Origin: Syntrophobacterales bacterium
GTDB lineage: Bacteria; Desulfobacterota; Syntrophia; Syntrophales; CAMTWB01
Direction: 5' to 3'
Length of the DNA: 64,000 nucleotides
NCBI GenBank assembly: GCA_037441775.1
Contig: JBBIRO010000009.1
Span: forward strand, 5,892-69,891
The position numbers were made by a program, and so were the translations under genes. Below the pieces are notes generated by a model. It had not been told where the DNA came from. It did not search any database and saw nothing but the letters and a program-made list of their open reading frames with translations. Numbering within the stretch: position 1 is the stretch's first letter; every line of letters starts with the position of its first letter. This document shows, piece after piece, positions 44,469 through 54,189 of the stretch.

Positions 44469-45257
44469 CTAGTATAAATCTGCTCCGTCAAGTAGCCTGG
44501 ATTTCAACAGCCCCCTGTTAACGGCGCCGGAAAAACTGTCCGCCAAATCTTGTCGCACGGCGGCAATCTCTTCCGCGGAAGGCTCTTCTCCCGCCATGAT
44601 TTGCGGCAGACAATCAGCCATCTCTTTTGCCCCGGGTCGGAAGGGGAATTCCCCCAGGTAGTTCTCCCCCAGGTAACTTTGAAAGTATTCCCGGTTGATT
44701 TTTTTTACCGCGGCCGGTGCGCCGTCAAGATCGTTTAGGATCACTCCTGCTGTTTTAATTCCCCTGCCTTTGAGTGCCTCCAGGGTCAAGAGCGTATGAT
44801 TGATTGTTCCCAGCCGATTTGGCGCCACCAGCAGGGTCGGGAGGTTCAGGTCGGCGATGAGGTCGATATTGAAGATCCTCTCCTCCAGAGGAACCAGTAC
44901 GCCGCCCGCCCCCTCCAGCAGAAAAAAGTGGTCACCCCGGAGATAATTTTGGATTATAGGGAGAGCTTTAGCGTACTTCAACGGTTTTTTATCGAGGAAA
45001 GAACTCTGGCAGGGCGCCAGCGGCTGCGAGTAGCGAAAGGGCACGATTGCCTCGATTGGTTCCTCCAGTCGCAAAAGAATCCGGTAGAGAGTGCCATCCA
45101 GGGGGATTAATTTCCGTTTTATCCGATGGCAGCCCGTTTCGAACGGCTTTAATACCTTGATGGGAAGGCCGGCTTCCTGCAGATAAATACCGAGAGCAAC
45201 CCCCACCATGGTTTTTCCGGCGCCGGTGTCAGCGCCGATGACAAACACGCCTTTCAT
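44469..45257 (-). CDS. bioD: Dethiobiotin synthase (ATP-dependent), with a C-terminal extension of roughly 30-40 aa
   Basis: 262 aa. P-loop VFVIGADTGAGKT and EGAGG are present. It is the last gene of the bioBFAD block. Confidence 0.9.
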   Translation of the reverse strand: MKGVFVIGADTGAGKTMVGVALGIYLQEAGLPIKVLKPFETGCHRIKRKLIPLDGTLYRILLRLEEPIEAIVPFRYSQPLAPCQSSFLDKKPLKYAKALPIIQNYLRGDHFFLLEGAGGVLVPLEERIFNIDLIADLNLPTLLVAPNRLGTINHTLLTLEALKGRGIKTAGVILNDLDGAPAAVKKINREYFQSYLGENYLGEFPFRPGAKEMADCLPQIMAGEEPSAEEIAAVRQDLADSFSGAVNRGLLKSRLLDGADLY

Positions 45258-46612
45258 CAGCGACTCCTTTCGTAAGTTCGGATTGACCGGCAGGTGATAT
45301 CTAAAAGTTTTTTCAGCTCCCTGAAAGTGATTGCCAACGGCGGCATCAGCACAATCACATTTCCCAGCGGCCTTAAGATTGCTCCCAGTTTACGGGCCTC
45401 CAATATTACCTTTATCCCCGCCTGCTCCTTAAGGGGAATATCGGTCCGGCGACTCTGGTCGGCAACAAGCTCGATTCCCGCCATTAGTCCCTTTTGTCTT
45501 ATTTCGCCGACAATGTCCAGCCGGCGGATACATTCCAGGCCTTCCGCCATTAATCCGGTGAGTTGGGCGAGGCGGTCAAAAAAGTCGTTTTCCCGCATGA
45601 GTCTGATGTTTTCCCGGGCCACCTCGCAGGCCAGCGGGTTGGCCGTATAGGTATGGCCATGAAAGAAGGTTTTCGTCTGTTCGTATTCTCCCAGAAAAGC
45701 CTCGAATATCTTCTCTCCGACCAAAGTGGCGGCCAGTGGCAGGTATCCCCCGGTAATTCCCTTGGCCAGGGCCATCAAATCCGGCGAGACCCCGGAATGC
45801 TCGGTGGCGAACATCTTGCCGGTGCGGCCGAAACCGGTTGCCACCTCGTCAAAAATCAAGAGGGTCTGATGGGTGTCGCAAATTTCCCTGACCCGGCGGA
45901 CAAAGCCCGGCGGTTGGGTTATCATCCCGGCGGCGCCCTGCACTTCCGGCTCCAGGATGACCGCGGCGATTTCATCCGATTTTTCCGCAAGCAATTGCTC
46001 CAGCCGGGATAGACAGGCCAACCGGCAGCCGGGGAAGGTTTTTTCTATCGGACAGCGGTAACAATAGGGACTGTGGGCGCGATAGGTCGGAAAAAGGAGG
46101 GGATGAAATATCTGATGGAACAAATCTATGCCGCCCAGGCTTACCGCTCCGACGGTGTCGCCGTGATAGGCATTGCTGAAGGTTACAAACCCCGGCTTCT
46201 TCTTCCCCTGCAACTGCCAATATTGAAAGGCCATTTTCAATGCTATTTCCACGGCCGTAGAACCATTGTCCGAGTAGAAAATCTTGCTGAGGCCGGCGGG
46301 CGCGATCTCCATCAGATCGTGGGCCAACTCAATCGCCGGCACGTTGGAAAGTCCCAGAAAGGTAGAATGGGCTACCCGGTTGAGTTGTCTTTTTATTGCC
46401 CGATCCAGTTCCCTTTTGCGATGACCATGAACGTTTACCCACAGCGATGATACCCCATCGAGGTACCTGTTACCATCGGTATCGTACAGATATGACCCCT
46501 TGGCTTTTTCGATAACCAGAAAATCCATCTGCCGCCAGTCCTGCATCTGGGTAAAGGGGTGCCAGATATGTTTTTTATCCAGTTGTCGTAATATTTCAGT
46601 GCTTGCGTTCAT
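45257..46612 (-). CDS. bioA: Adenosylmethionine-8-amino-7-oxononanoate aminotransferase
   Basis: 451 aa class III aminotransferase. Contains [12 protein letters not shown] and the PLP-lysine context LAKGITGG. The position is conserved. Confidence 0.95.
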   Translation of the reverse strand: MNASTEILRQLDKKHIWHPFTQMQDWRQMDFLVIEKAKGSYLYDTDGNRYLDGVSSLWVNVHGHRKRELDRAIKRQLNRVAHSTFLGLSNVPAIELAHDLMEIAPAGLSKIFYSDNGSTAVEIALKMAFQYWQLQGKKKPGFVTFSNAYHGDTVGAVSLGGIDLFHQIFHPLLFPTYRAHSPYCYRCPIEKTFPGCRLACLSRLEQLLAEKSDEIAAVILEPEVQGAAGMITQPPGFVRRVREICDTHQTLLIFDEVATGFGRTGKMFATEHSGVSPDLMALAKGITGGYLPLAATLVGEKIFEAFLGEYEQTKTFFHGHTYTANPLACEVARENIRLMRENDFFDRLAQLTGLMAEGLECIRRLDIVGEIRQKGLMAGIELVADQSRRTDIPLKEQAGIKVILEARKLGAILRPLGNVIVLMPPLAITFRELKKLLDITCRSIRTYERSR

Positions 46613-47769
46613 ATTCCAACCTTGACGAAGGCTGCCAGCGCCGATTCTATGTCCAGAGGACTGTGGGCAGCCGATGCCGTGATTCTTATCCTGGCGGTTC
46701 CTTTGGGTACGGTTGGCGGTCGGATCGGTTTAACCAGTATCCCCTCTTTTAAGAGCGCCGCCGCCAGTGCAACTGCCCTTCCCGTTTCCCCCATCATCAA
46801 GGGAATAATCGCCGTTTCGGTAGGCCCGATCAGAAACCCCATCTTGCGCAGGTTATGAAGCAGATTGTGGGTGTTGTCAAAGAGCTTGTCTCTAAGCTGG
46901 GAGCAATTTTCCGCCAGATCAATTGCCGCCAGATTGGCCGCCAGTATCGCCGGGGGGAGGGCGGTGCTGAAGATCAAGCTGCGGGCGCTGTTGACCAAAA
47001 AATCAACCAGATCAGTGCTTCCGGCCACAAATCCACCGATGCTGCCCAGGGCTTTGCTGAATGTTCCCACGGTTAAATCAATTTCGCCGCCCAGCTCTAA
47101 ATGCTGGGCCAGACCGCCGCCCGAGCTCCCCAAGACTCCCGTGGCGTGGGCTTCATCAACAATCAGCAGGCAGCCGTATTTTTTTCTAAGCAGAACCAAC
47201 TTCTGCAAAGGAGCCAGATCGCCGTCCATACTGAATACACTGTCGGTGACAATTATCGCCTTGCCTTCCTTAGGCGCGGCGGCCAGCAACTCTTCCAGAT
47301 GGTCCATATCTTTATGCCGATAGACGAACAGCTGCCCGCGCGACATCCGGATGCCGTCGATGATGCTGGCGTGGTTGAGCTCATCGGAAAATATGCAATC
47401 ACCCTTGGCGACGACCGCCGAAATTACACCTACATTTGCCATGTAGCCGGAAGCAAACACGACAGCGGCTGCTGTTTTCTTGAAACGGGCGATTCTCTCT
47501 TCCAATTGTTCGTATAGCTCATGGTTGCCACAAATCAAGCGGGATGCCCCGGCTCCGACACCATAGCGGCTGGTTGCTGCGATCACCGCTTCTTTGAGCT
47601 CCGGCCGTTGGGAGAGGCCCAAATAGTCATTACTGGAAAGATTTAATAAAAGCCTGTCGCCGCTGGCGATCCTTCCCCCGGGAAGCTGCACTACGGGCTG
47701 CAGGAACCGCCTTTGACCCTGAGAGCTCAGGTTATTGATAGCTTGACGGAAAAAATCGTGCTCGATCAT
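46609..47769 (-). CDS. bioF: 8-amino-7-oxononanoate synthase
   Basis: 386 aa alpha-oxoamine synthase. Contains SNDYLGL, DEAHATG and the PLP lysine in GTFSKALG. Confidence 0.93.
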   Translation of the reverse strand: MIEHDFFRQAINNLSSQGQRRFLQPVVQLPGGRIASGDRLLLNLSSNDYLGLSQRPELKEAVIAATSRYGVGAGASRLICGNHELYEQLEERIARFKKTAAAVVFASGYMANVGVISAVVAKGDCIFSDELNHASIIDGIRMSRGQLFVYRHKDMDHLEELLAAAPKEGKAIIVTDSVFSMDGDLAPLQKLVLLRKKYGCLLIVDEAHATGVLGSSGGGLAQHLELGGEIDLTVGTFSKALGSIGGFVAGSTDLVDFLVNSARSLIFSTALPPAILAANLAAIDLAENCSQLRDKLFDNTHNLLHNLRKMGFLIGPTETAIIPLMMGETGRAVALAAALLKEGILVKPIRPPTVPKGTARIRITASAAHSPLDIESALAAFVKVGI

Positions 47770-47770
47770 T

Positions 47771-48736
47771 TCAGGGAAGTTCCAGTCCCAGGTCGATAAT
47801 TAGTTGGCGATCGTCTTCGGGGTTTCTCCCCTGGGTGGTAAGATAGTTTCCCGTCATAAGGCCGTTCGCGCCCGCCAAAAGCAGCAGGGGGTGTGTTTCC
47901 CGCAGGTTAACCATTCTGCCGCCGCAGATGATGATATCCTTGTCCTTCAATATCAGGCGGTAAATGGCGACTGTTTTCAATATTTCCCGCGGCGCCAGGC
48001 GACTGATGTTTTCCAACGGAGTGCTCATTATCGGATTGAGAAAGTTCATCGGGACGGAATCCACGTTCAGCTCGGCTAACGTCAAGGCCAGCTCGATCCG
48101 ATCCTGGCGGCTTTCACCAAGCCCGAAGATGCCGCCGCAACAGACGTAAAACCCCATATCCTTAGCGATCTTAACAGTGTTTACGTCCTCCTGATAATCA
48201 TGGGTGCTGCAGATGCGGGGAAAAAAATTGCGCGATGTTTCGAGATTGTGATGATATTTCCTCAGGCCAGAGCCTTTTAATTCAGCCAGAATATCCGCTC
48301 CGAGAATACCCAGCGAGGCGCAAGGTATAATGGCCTCCTCTTTTATCCTGCTGATCGCCCTCTTGATTGTTGCAAGTTCTTCCCTGTTTTTTACCCCCTT
48401 GCCGCTGGTGACAATCCCGAACTCGCCGGCCCCGTCCTGGTGTGCCTTACGGGCGGCGGCGACTATAGATTCTTCCGGCAAAAGTGGATAGGCGGAAATG
48501 GTGGTTGGGTAATGGGACGACTGGGCGCAAAATTTGCAGTCCTCCGAACATCGGCCCGATTTAGCGTTGACGATGGAACAAAGATTCACCTTTGTGCCCT
48601 TATGTTTGAGTCTGACCCGGTGAGCGGCGGAAAGAAGATCGAGAAAATCTTCCTCGGGCAGTTCGTAGAGGTCAAGGGCTTCCTCGACCGTAGGTTGCCA
48701 TTTGTCTGCAAATGCTTTTTTAAGAGTGTCATTCAT
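47771..48736 (-). CDS. bioB: Biotin synthase (radical SAM)
   Basis: 321 aa. Contains CSEDCKFC (C-x3-C-x2-C), and YHHNLETS matches the conserved BioB YNHNL-type motif. Confidence 0.96.
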   Translation of the reverse strand: MNDTLKKAFADKWQPTVEEALDLYELPEEDFLDLLSAAHRVRLKHKGTKVNLCSIVNAKSGRCSEDCKFCAQSSHYPTTISAYPLLPEESIVAAARKAHQDGAGEFGIVTSGKGVKNREELATIKRAISRIKEEAIIPCASLGILGADILAELKGSGLRKYHHNLETSRNFFPRICSTHDYQEDVNTVKIAKDMGFYVCCGGIFGLGESRQDRIELALTLAELNVDSVPMNFLNPIMSTPLENISRLAPREILKTVAIYRLILKDKDIIICGGRMVNLRETHPLLLLAGANGLMTGNYLTTQGRNPEDDRQLIIDLGLELP

Positions 48737-48810
48737 ATCTTGTTAGTCCTTGGCTTATCCGTGCTTAATCGGGATCGGTCAAACCGGGGGCGATTGGTTC
48801 CAGTATTCAG

Positions 48811-48843
48811 GTTGAACAGGCCGGCAGGGAATCTCAGTTCAAC
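48811..48843. promoter_or_regulatory. Inverted repeat GTTGAAC-N19-GTTCAAC upstream of bioB; candidate BirA (bioO-like) operator
   Basis: Perfect 7-bp arms lie at 48811-48817 and 48837-48843, 75-107 nt upstream of the bioB ATG. The geometry is comparable to the E. coli bioO half-sites TGTAAAC-N18-GTTTACA. A TTGACC-N17-GATAAG promoter-like pair lies between the repeat and the gene. Confidence 0.3.
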
Positions 48844-48853
48844 AAGCGCAAAC

Positions 48854-50209
48854 TCATTTCAGACGTGGCGACCAGGAGGGAGAAAGGTAATTATCCGTGC
48901 CATCGTAAAGGATTCGCTGATTTGTTCCATTGGCATTCATAACGACAATCCCGGCCTTGCCATCTTTTTTTGACGTAAAGGCAATATATTTGCCGTCGGG
49001 CGACCAGGTTGGACTCTCGTTTTCGCCCACCTGCGTAAGCTGGATGGGGTTGAATCCGTCTTCGTCGACGACGAAGATTTGGAAGCGGCCGCCAGTCATG
49101 CCTTCATAGGCGATTTTACCGCCCTTGGGCGACCAGGAGGGAGAGGTGTTATAGTTGCCGTCGAAGGTCAGTCTTCTGATGTTACTGCCGTCGGCATTCA
49201 TGACATATATCTGCGGCGATCCCGCCCGGTTCGAAACAAAGGCGATTTGCTTGCCGTCCGGCGAGTAGCAAGGCGAGACGTCAATTGCAAAATGATTGGT
49301 CAGGCGCGTTAGCTGCAAGTCGTCGATGTTCATGCTGTAAATTTCTTCGTTGCCGTCGATACTTAAGGTTATAAGCAGCTTTTTGCCGTCCGGCGACCAG
49401 CTCCCCGGCAGATTTATTCCCCGAAACCCCATTATTTTCCTGGTTGTCCCGGCGCCGACCAGGGAACGAAAGTACAGGTCGGGATTGTCCTGCTGATAAG
49501 AGGTAAAGGCTATGGTAGTCCCGTCGGTTGACCATTTGAGCGCCAGGAGAAGCGAAGGGACTTCGATGATCCGGGACAGATTCGTACCGTCGAAGTTAAT
49601 GACGTTGATTGCTGAGGTCTTCCCTTTTCTGCCGACAAAGGCGATTTTGGAATCATAAACGCTGCCGTCTCCGGTGAAATTGGCCAGCACCTCGCTTGCG
49701 AAGCGCTGCACCATGATTTTGCGGTCCTCCGGGTTGCCGGTATAGCGCTTGCCCACCAGGAGCTCTCCCTTGATTAAGTCATAAAGGCGCAACTCGACGC
49801 TCAACTCCGGCCCGAGCTGCTGGAGACGGCCATTAATCAGATATTCGGCGCCGATTAAGCGCCATTCGGTGAATCTGGTTAAGTCTAACGTGGCTCGGCT
49901 GCGATCATCGACTAGCGGCGTCTTTCCCTGAATGTTGAATATACCGGTGATGCTGAGCAGTCGCGAGAGTTCTTTTGGGAACCATCCTATCATTTCATCC
50001 GAAGGCAGCCGCTCCTGGCCCTGCCTTTGAAATTCGGAAATGGCAAGCGGTATCCGTTGAAAGGTCGGCGAATCGATATCGATGTAAACCCTGTTGGCCA
50101 ACCCCTCCGAGACGCCCGCCAATAAAATTATTGCCGCGGCGATGATTATCGCGGAAGCGGTACCTTTGAATTTTTGTATGGTTCTGTTATCTCTCGTATC
50201 CATTACCAA
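48854..50209 (-). CDS. tolB: Tol-Pal system beta-propeller protein TolB
   Basis: 451 aa with a signal-like N-terminus. Repeated propeller blades have P.WSPDG.KIAF and DG..L motifs. Confidence 0.93.
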   Translation of the reverse strand: MVMDTRDNRTIQKFKGTASAIIIAAAIILLAGVSEGLANRVYIDIDSPTFQRIPLAISEFQRQGQERLPSDEMIGWFPKELSRLLSITGIFNIQGKTPLVDDRSRATLDLTRFTEWRLIGAEYLINGRLQQLGPELSVELRLYDLIKGELLVGKRYTGNPEDRKIMVQRFASEVLANFTGDGSVYDSKIAFVGRKGKTSAINVINFDGTNLSRIIEVPSLLLALKWSTDGTTIAFTSYQQDNPDLYFRSLVGAGTTRKIMGFRGINLPGSWSPDGKKLLITLSIDGNEEIYSMNIDDLQLTRLTNHFAIDVSPCYSPDGKQIAFVSNRAGSPQIYVMNADGSNIRRLTFDGNYNTSPSWSPKGGKIAYEGMTGGRFQIFVVDEDGFNPIQLTQVGENESPTWSPDGKYIAFTSKKDGKAGIVVMNANGTNQRILYDGTDNYLSPSWSPRLK

Positions 50210-50245
50210 TAGTCTCCTTTTATCGCAAATCTGTCCCCGCGCCTC

Positions 50246-51046
50246 CTACCGCTTCATCAAGTCTGCGGAGTGAAACCGGATGCCGATCTCAATTCCGCCC
50301 TTGACCCATTCCGGCAGGGGCGGGAAGGGGGAAGCCTTTTTTATCGCCCGGACGGCCGATTCATCGAACTGATTGTTACCTGATCTGTCCTCAAACGACG
50401 ACTCCATAACCGAGCCGTTGGCGGCCAGCTTAACTATCAGCGTTGCCGAAATATTGCCTTTGGGTACATGCAGGGGGCTGATCGTCCAATGTCCCTTGAT
50501 AGCCTTCCATATCTGGGTATAGTAGGCCTGCATTAAGGCGCTCATTTCGGCATCGGTCACAGTGGGACCTGCGGAGGGCTCTGCTTTGCCCTCCGCCTTT
50601 TTACTTTCATCTCTGGCCGGGACGCTGGCTGCCGGCGCGGACAGGGCAGACGATGCGGATGGCTGGGCAGGCGCCATTGCTCTGGCTCTAAATTCGTCGG
50701 AAATCTTTGGAAGCTGACCGGCATCCTTTCGGGTGATCTCAATGCGCCTCAATGGTTCCGTCGGCGTCAAATCGATTGGTTTGCGAAGGGAAATTGCCGG
50801 ATGCCGAGCAAGCGTCTCCGGCATGAAGCTTCTGCCGCCTGTCTTTTGAACGTTATGGACCGCTGAAACGCTGGCCAGGCTGACCAGCTCCACTGTATGA
50901 ATCGGGCCAAAGGTCCACCTCGGCTTTTCCTTGGTGAATGATACGCTGAAGGCCAGGTAGAGAAAAAGCAGGTGCAGGAGGACGGATGCCAAGAGTACAG
51001 GACCCATTCCCATCCCGGCTCGGCTTTGTAAAGTGTCGGTCGGCAT
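50246..51046 (-). CDS. tolA: TolA-like protein (N-terminal TM, Ala/Pro/Ser-rich linker, TonB_C-like C-terminal domain)
   Basis: 266 aa. It sits between tolR and tolB. The C-terminal block ends ..AVRAIKKASPFPPLP. Confidence 0.7.
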   Translation of the reverse strand: MPTDTLQSRAGMGMGPVLLASVLLHLLFLYLAFSVSFTKEKPRWTFGPIHTVELVSLASVSAVHNVQKTGGRSFMPETLARHPAISLRKPIDLTPTEPLRRIEITRKDAGQLPKISDEFRARAMAPAQPSASSALSAPAASVPARDESKKAEGKAEPSAGPTVTDAEMSALMQAYYTQIWKAIKGHWTISPLHVPKGNISATLIVKLAANGSVMESSFEDRSGNNQFDESAVRAIKKASPFPPLPEWVKGGIEIGIRFHSADLMKR

Positions 51047-51471
51047 TACTTCGAACCCTCCGGCGGGTCGGTAATCATGCCCAGTTTATCAACGCCCGCC
51101 TTTCTTACCTCAGCCATTACCTGTACCACGAAACCGTAAGGGATGTTCTTGTCGGCCCGCATGTACACTTCGCGATCTATCCGGCGATTGAATACCTTCT
51201 CCAATGTCTCCCTCAACGCCGGCAGAGAGGTTGTTTCGCGGTCAATAAATATTTCCTGTTGCCGGTTAATCGTCAAAATCAGCTTTTCCTCATGGACATC
51301 AATGCTTTTGGACTTTACGCGGGGCAAGTCCACATCGATTCCCATCTGGAGCATGGGGGCGGTAACGATAAAAATTATCAGCAGAACCAATACCACATCC
51401 ACCAGCGGAGTGACATTTATTTCCGCAATCGCCCTTCTTTCGTTAAATCTATTCCGGCCAAGTCTTCTCAT
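51046..51471 (-). CDS. tolR: TolR / ExbD-family biopolymer transport protein
   Basis: 141 aa. INVTPLVDVVLVLLIIF is the ExbD/TolR TM segment with its conserved Asp. Confidence 0.88.
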   Translation of the reverse strand: MRRLGRNRFNERRAIAEINVTPLVDVVLVLLIIFIVTAPMLQMGIDVDLPRVKSKSIDVHEEKLILTINRQQEIFIDRETTSLPALRETLEKVFNRRIDREVYMRADKNIPYGFVVQVMAEVRKAGVDKLGMITDPPEGSK

Positions 51472-51477
51472 GCGTCA

Positions 51478-52227
51478 TCATTTCCTCGCCTGGTGGCGTT
51501 CGACAATGTTTAAAAACTCGGAGGTAAAATTATCCATCTCGAGGGAAATACTTTTTACGTAGTTCAGATAGTAATTATAGAAGATAACCGCCGGGATGGC
51601 GGCCGCCAGTCCGGCCGCGGTGGCGATGAGGGCTTCCGATATTCCGGGAGCTACCACGGCAAGCGTCGCCGAACCGCGGGCGCCGATATTCTGGAAGGTG
51701 TTCATGATTCCCCAGACGGTGCCAAAAAGCCCGATGAAAGGGCAGGCGCTTCCGGTGGTGGCCAGGAAGCTCAAAGCCTTTTCCAGCTTGGTTGTTTCGG
51801 TATCGGCCGCACGGTTCATGGCCCGTTCCAACTGATCAATCGTCCGGAGCTCAAAAAGAGGCGGGGCCGCCTCAGGCGCATCCTTGGCAGCGGTATCCTT
51901 CCCCATCTTTGCCATTTTCAGAAGCTCGCCGTACCCCGAGATGAATACTTCGGCCAGGCTGGAATGGCGATATTTTTTTGCCAAAGGAAACATGTCCGCA
52001 ATCCGCGTATTTCTTGCGTATGTTGCCTGGAAAGATGCGTTTTCCCTCCTTACCGCTCTGAACTGGAAATATTTCATGAAAATTATCGCCCAGGAAACTA
52101 TGGAAAAAATCAGCAAGAGTACCAGCACGAACTGCACCATTGCGCCTGATGCCAGAATCATATCTACCATGCTGCCATGAAAATTGCCGAATCCTGACGC
52201 GCCACCTATTGCCGCAATCTCTTTCAC
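51478..52227 (-). CDS. tolQ: TolQ / ExbB-family proton channel protein
   Basis: 249 aa with a GTG start and AAGGAG 8 nt upstream. The MotA/TolQ/ExbB signature LATTGSACPFIGLFGTVWGI..GISEALIATAAGL is present. Confidence 0.9.
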   Translation of the reverse strand: MKEIAAIGGASGFGNFHGSMVDMILASGAMVQFVLVLLLIFSIVSWAIIFMKYFQFRAVRRENASFQATYARNTRIADMFPLAKKYRHSSLAEVFISGYGELLKMAKMGKDTAAKDAPEAAPPLFELRTIDQLERAMNRAADTETTKLEKALSFLATTGSACPFIGLFGTVWGIMNTFQNIGARGSATLAVVAPGISEALIATAAGLAAAIPAVIFYNYYLNYVKSISLEMDNFTSEFLNIVERHQARK

Positions 52228-52353
52228 TATATCAGCTCCTTAATCAATGTGAGGGTATCAAGTCCCCATAATTTTCCGGCATTTCAAGCTGGGGCTAAGT
52301 CCCAGTCGGGTAATCTGACTTGCCAATGGCACCAGAGCGCCCCCCAAGAGTAA

Positions 52354-52408
52354 CCTTTGACGGTTTTGTAAAAAGTCGCAAAGGCAGCCTCTCCCTTGAG
52401 GGGAGAGG
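52354..52408. repeat. Solo arm of the dispersed element followed by a CCTCTCCC/GGGAGAGG hairpin
   Basis: The arm is CCTTTGACGGTTTTGTAAAAAGTCGC (52354-52379). The hairpin CCTCTCCC-TTGAG-GGGAGAGG is at 52388-52408. The same arm-plus-hairpin layout appears, inverted, at 22180-22229. Confidence 0.6.
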
Positions 52409-52596
52409 GTTGGGTAAAGGTGATAATAGTCGATATCACGAACATTTAGATACGCCTCCCCTTTATCGCCTTCCGCGAGGGGAGAGAAATGCCGGCTTAC
52501 GTTGCGCTGCATCCCTCGCTGCCGGAAGTTGCCGGCGCAGTCGCGGGCATTGCGCCCGGCCGGGAGTCGCATAAGTCAATGCGAAAGCCTTCCATA

Positions 52597-52625
52597 AAAG
52601 GCCGGCCTGCATAACCGGCCTTTTT
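52597..52625. terminator. Orphan terminator-like hairpin in the tolQ-purD gap
   Basis: AAAGGCCGG-CCTGCATAA-CCGGCCTTTTT: a 6-bp GC core extended by A/T pairs, with a T5 run on the plus strand and a T-rich run on the minus strand. No annotated gene ends here on either strand. Confidence 0.4.
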
Positions 52626-52737
52626 CCCGGGGTCATTCTAAAACTTACGTTTTTATGACCTTTTGCCGCTTCATAGCGCTTCCTTAATGAAAAAACCTCC
52701 CCTTGTCAATACCTCAAAAGGATTGGTTCCCTTTTGA

Positions 52738-52766
52738 TTGACGGCAGGGTTCTTTTCAGCTATTTA
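52738..52766 (+). promoter_or_regulatory. Sigma-70-like promoter candidate for purD-purH
   Basis: TTGACG (52738-52743), a 17-nt spacer, then TATTTA (52761-52766). The RBS AAGGAG is at 52785-52790, 8 nt before ATG 52799. Confidence 0.4.
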
Positions 52767-52798
52767 AAGCAGCGACTGAGCGGCAAGGAGCGTTCGAC

Positions 52799-54142
52799 AT
52801 GACCAGGATATTATTAATCGGCAACGGGGCCAGGGAGCACGCCTTGGCCGAAGCGATAATGAGATCAAAGCGCAGCCCGCGCCTTTTTGCCTGCATGAAG
52901 GCAAAAAACCCCGGCATCGCCGCTATCGCGGAAGCTGTAAAGCTGGGCGACTACGCGGATATCGCTGCCATCACGGCCTTTGCCCGGGCTTCACGGGTGG
53001 ATTTCGCCCTGGTTGGGCCGGAAGAGCCGCTTAATAACGGCGTGGTTGATGCCTTAAGGGAGGACGGCATCCCGGCCGTCGGCCCCAGCAGGACCCTGGC
53101 CCGGCTGGAAACCTCCAAATCCTTTACCCGGGATTTGCTTGCGAAATATGAGATACCGGGCAACATCAAATACCGGGTTTTCACCGATATGACGGGGGTG
53201 GCGGAATTTCTTGACTCTATCCCTGAGGTGGTGATCAAACCGGATGGATTGACCGGCGGCAAGGGGGTTTTGGTACAGGGGGAACATTTTCACAGCCGGC
53301 AGGAGGCCATAGCGGCCTGTCGGCAGATTTTATCCCGGCACCCCCGGTTGATAATAGAAGAGAAGCTTGACGGCGAAGAATTTTCTCTCCAGTGCTTCTG
53401 CGACGGCCGCCATGTCCTGGCGATGCCCGCCGTACAGGATCACAAGCGCCGCTTTGCCGATGATACCGGGCCAAATACGGGGGGAATGGGTTCATATTCA
53501 ATGGCCGACCACTCTCTGCCCTTTTTAACCGGCTCCGAGAGCGCCGAGGGGCTGGCCATTACCACAAGGGTGGCGGCGGCCCTCTACCAGGAAACCGGAG
53601 AGTATTACCGGGGAATCATGTACGGCGGGTTCATGGTTACTAAAGACGGGGTGCGCTTGCTGGAGTACAACGCCCGCTTCGGTGATCCGGAGGCGATGAA
53701 CGTTCTGCCCCTGCTTAAGACTGACATTGTTGACGTTTGCCGGGCCATAATCGAAGGCACGCTGGAGAAGATGGAGGTCATATGGGAAAATAAGGCCACC
53801 GTATGCAAGTATCTGGTGCCGAAAAATTACGGTCTGGCCGATGATGCGAAAGCCCCGTCGGTTTCAGGCGATGACCGGCGGATCGTTATCGGCGACACTG
53901 GTCAGGCAAGATTGTATTTCTCGGCGGTGGATCAGAGGGACGACGGTCTATATTTGACCAGCTCCCGGGCGGTGGGCCTGGTTGGGATTGCCGCAACGCT
54001 GGCAGAGGCGGAGAGGATCGCCGAGGATGCGGCCGGGGCCGTCCGCGGCGGGGTCGATCATCGTCGGGATATCGGATGCGCTTCTCTTATTGAAAAACGC
54101 ATCCGCCACATGGAAAAGCTTATAGGACATGCTCCCCGATGA
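52799..54142 (+). CDS. purD: Phosphoribosylamine--glycine ligase
   Basis: 447 aa. [14 protein letters not shown] start, an ATP-grasp core ([13 protein letters not shown]) and FNARFGDPE are present. Confidence 0.97.
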   Translation: MTRILLIGNGAREHALAEAIMRSKRSPRLFACMKAKNPGIAAIAEAVKLGDYADIAAITAFARASRVDFALVGPEEPLNNGVVDALREDGIPAVGPSRTLARLETSKSFTRDLLAKYEIPGNIKYRVFTDMTGVAEFLDSIPEVVIKPDGLTGGKGVLVQGEHFHSRQEAIAACRQILSRHPRLIIEEKLDGEEFSLQCFCDGRHVLAMPAVQDHKRRFADDTGPNTGGMGSYSMADHSLPFLTGSESAEGLAITTRVAAALYQETGEYYRGIMYGGFMVTKDGVRLLEYNARFGDPEAMNVLPLLKTDIVDVCRAIIEGTLEKMEVIWENKATVCKYLVPKNYGLADDAKAPSVSGDDRRIVIGDTGQARLYFSAVDQRDDGLYLTSSRAVGLVGIAATLAEAERIAEDAAGAVRGGVDHRRDIGCASLIEKRIRHMEKLIGHAPR

Positions 54143-54189
54143 TTTTGAATGATGAGCAAATCGTAAACGTCATATTGAAAGGAAAAAAA

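Noticed and set aside
52645-52674. 9-codon mini-ORF MKRQKVIKT with an RBS, followed by a terminator
   Set aside because: It is too short to evaluate and overlaps a degenerate repeat arm. I kept it only as a detail of the tolQ-purD gap finding, not as a gene call.
52560-52798. Possible ZTP (pfl) or purine riboswitch in front of purD-purH
   Set aside because: I looked for the conserved ZTP 3' element (CCGCCTGGGCA-like) and for a purine-riboswitch three-way junction and found neither. The terminator-like hairpin at 52597-52625 lies upstream of the best purD promoter candidate, not between the promoter and the gene.
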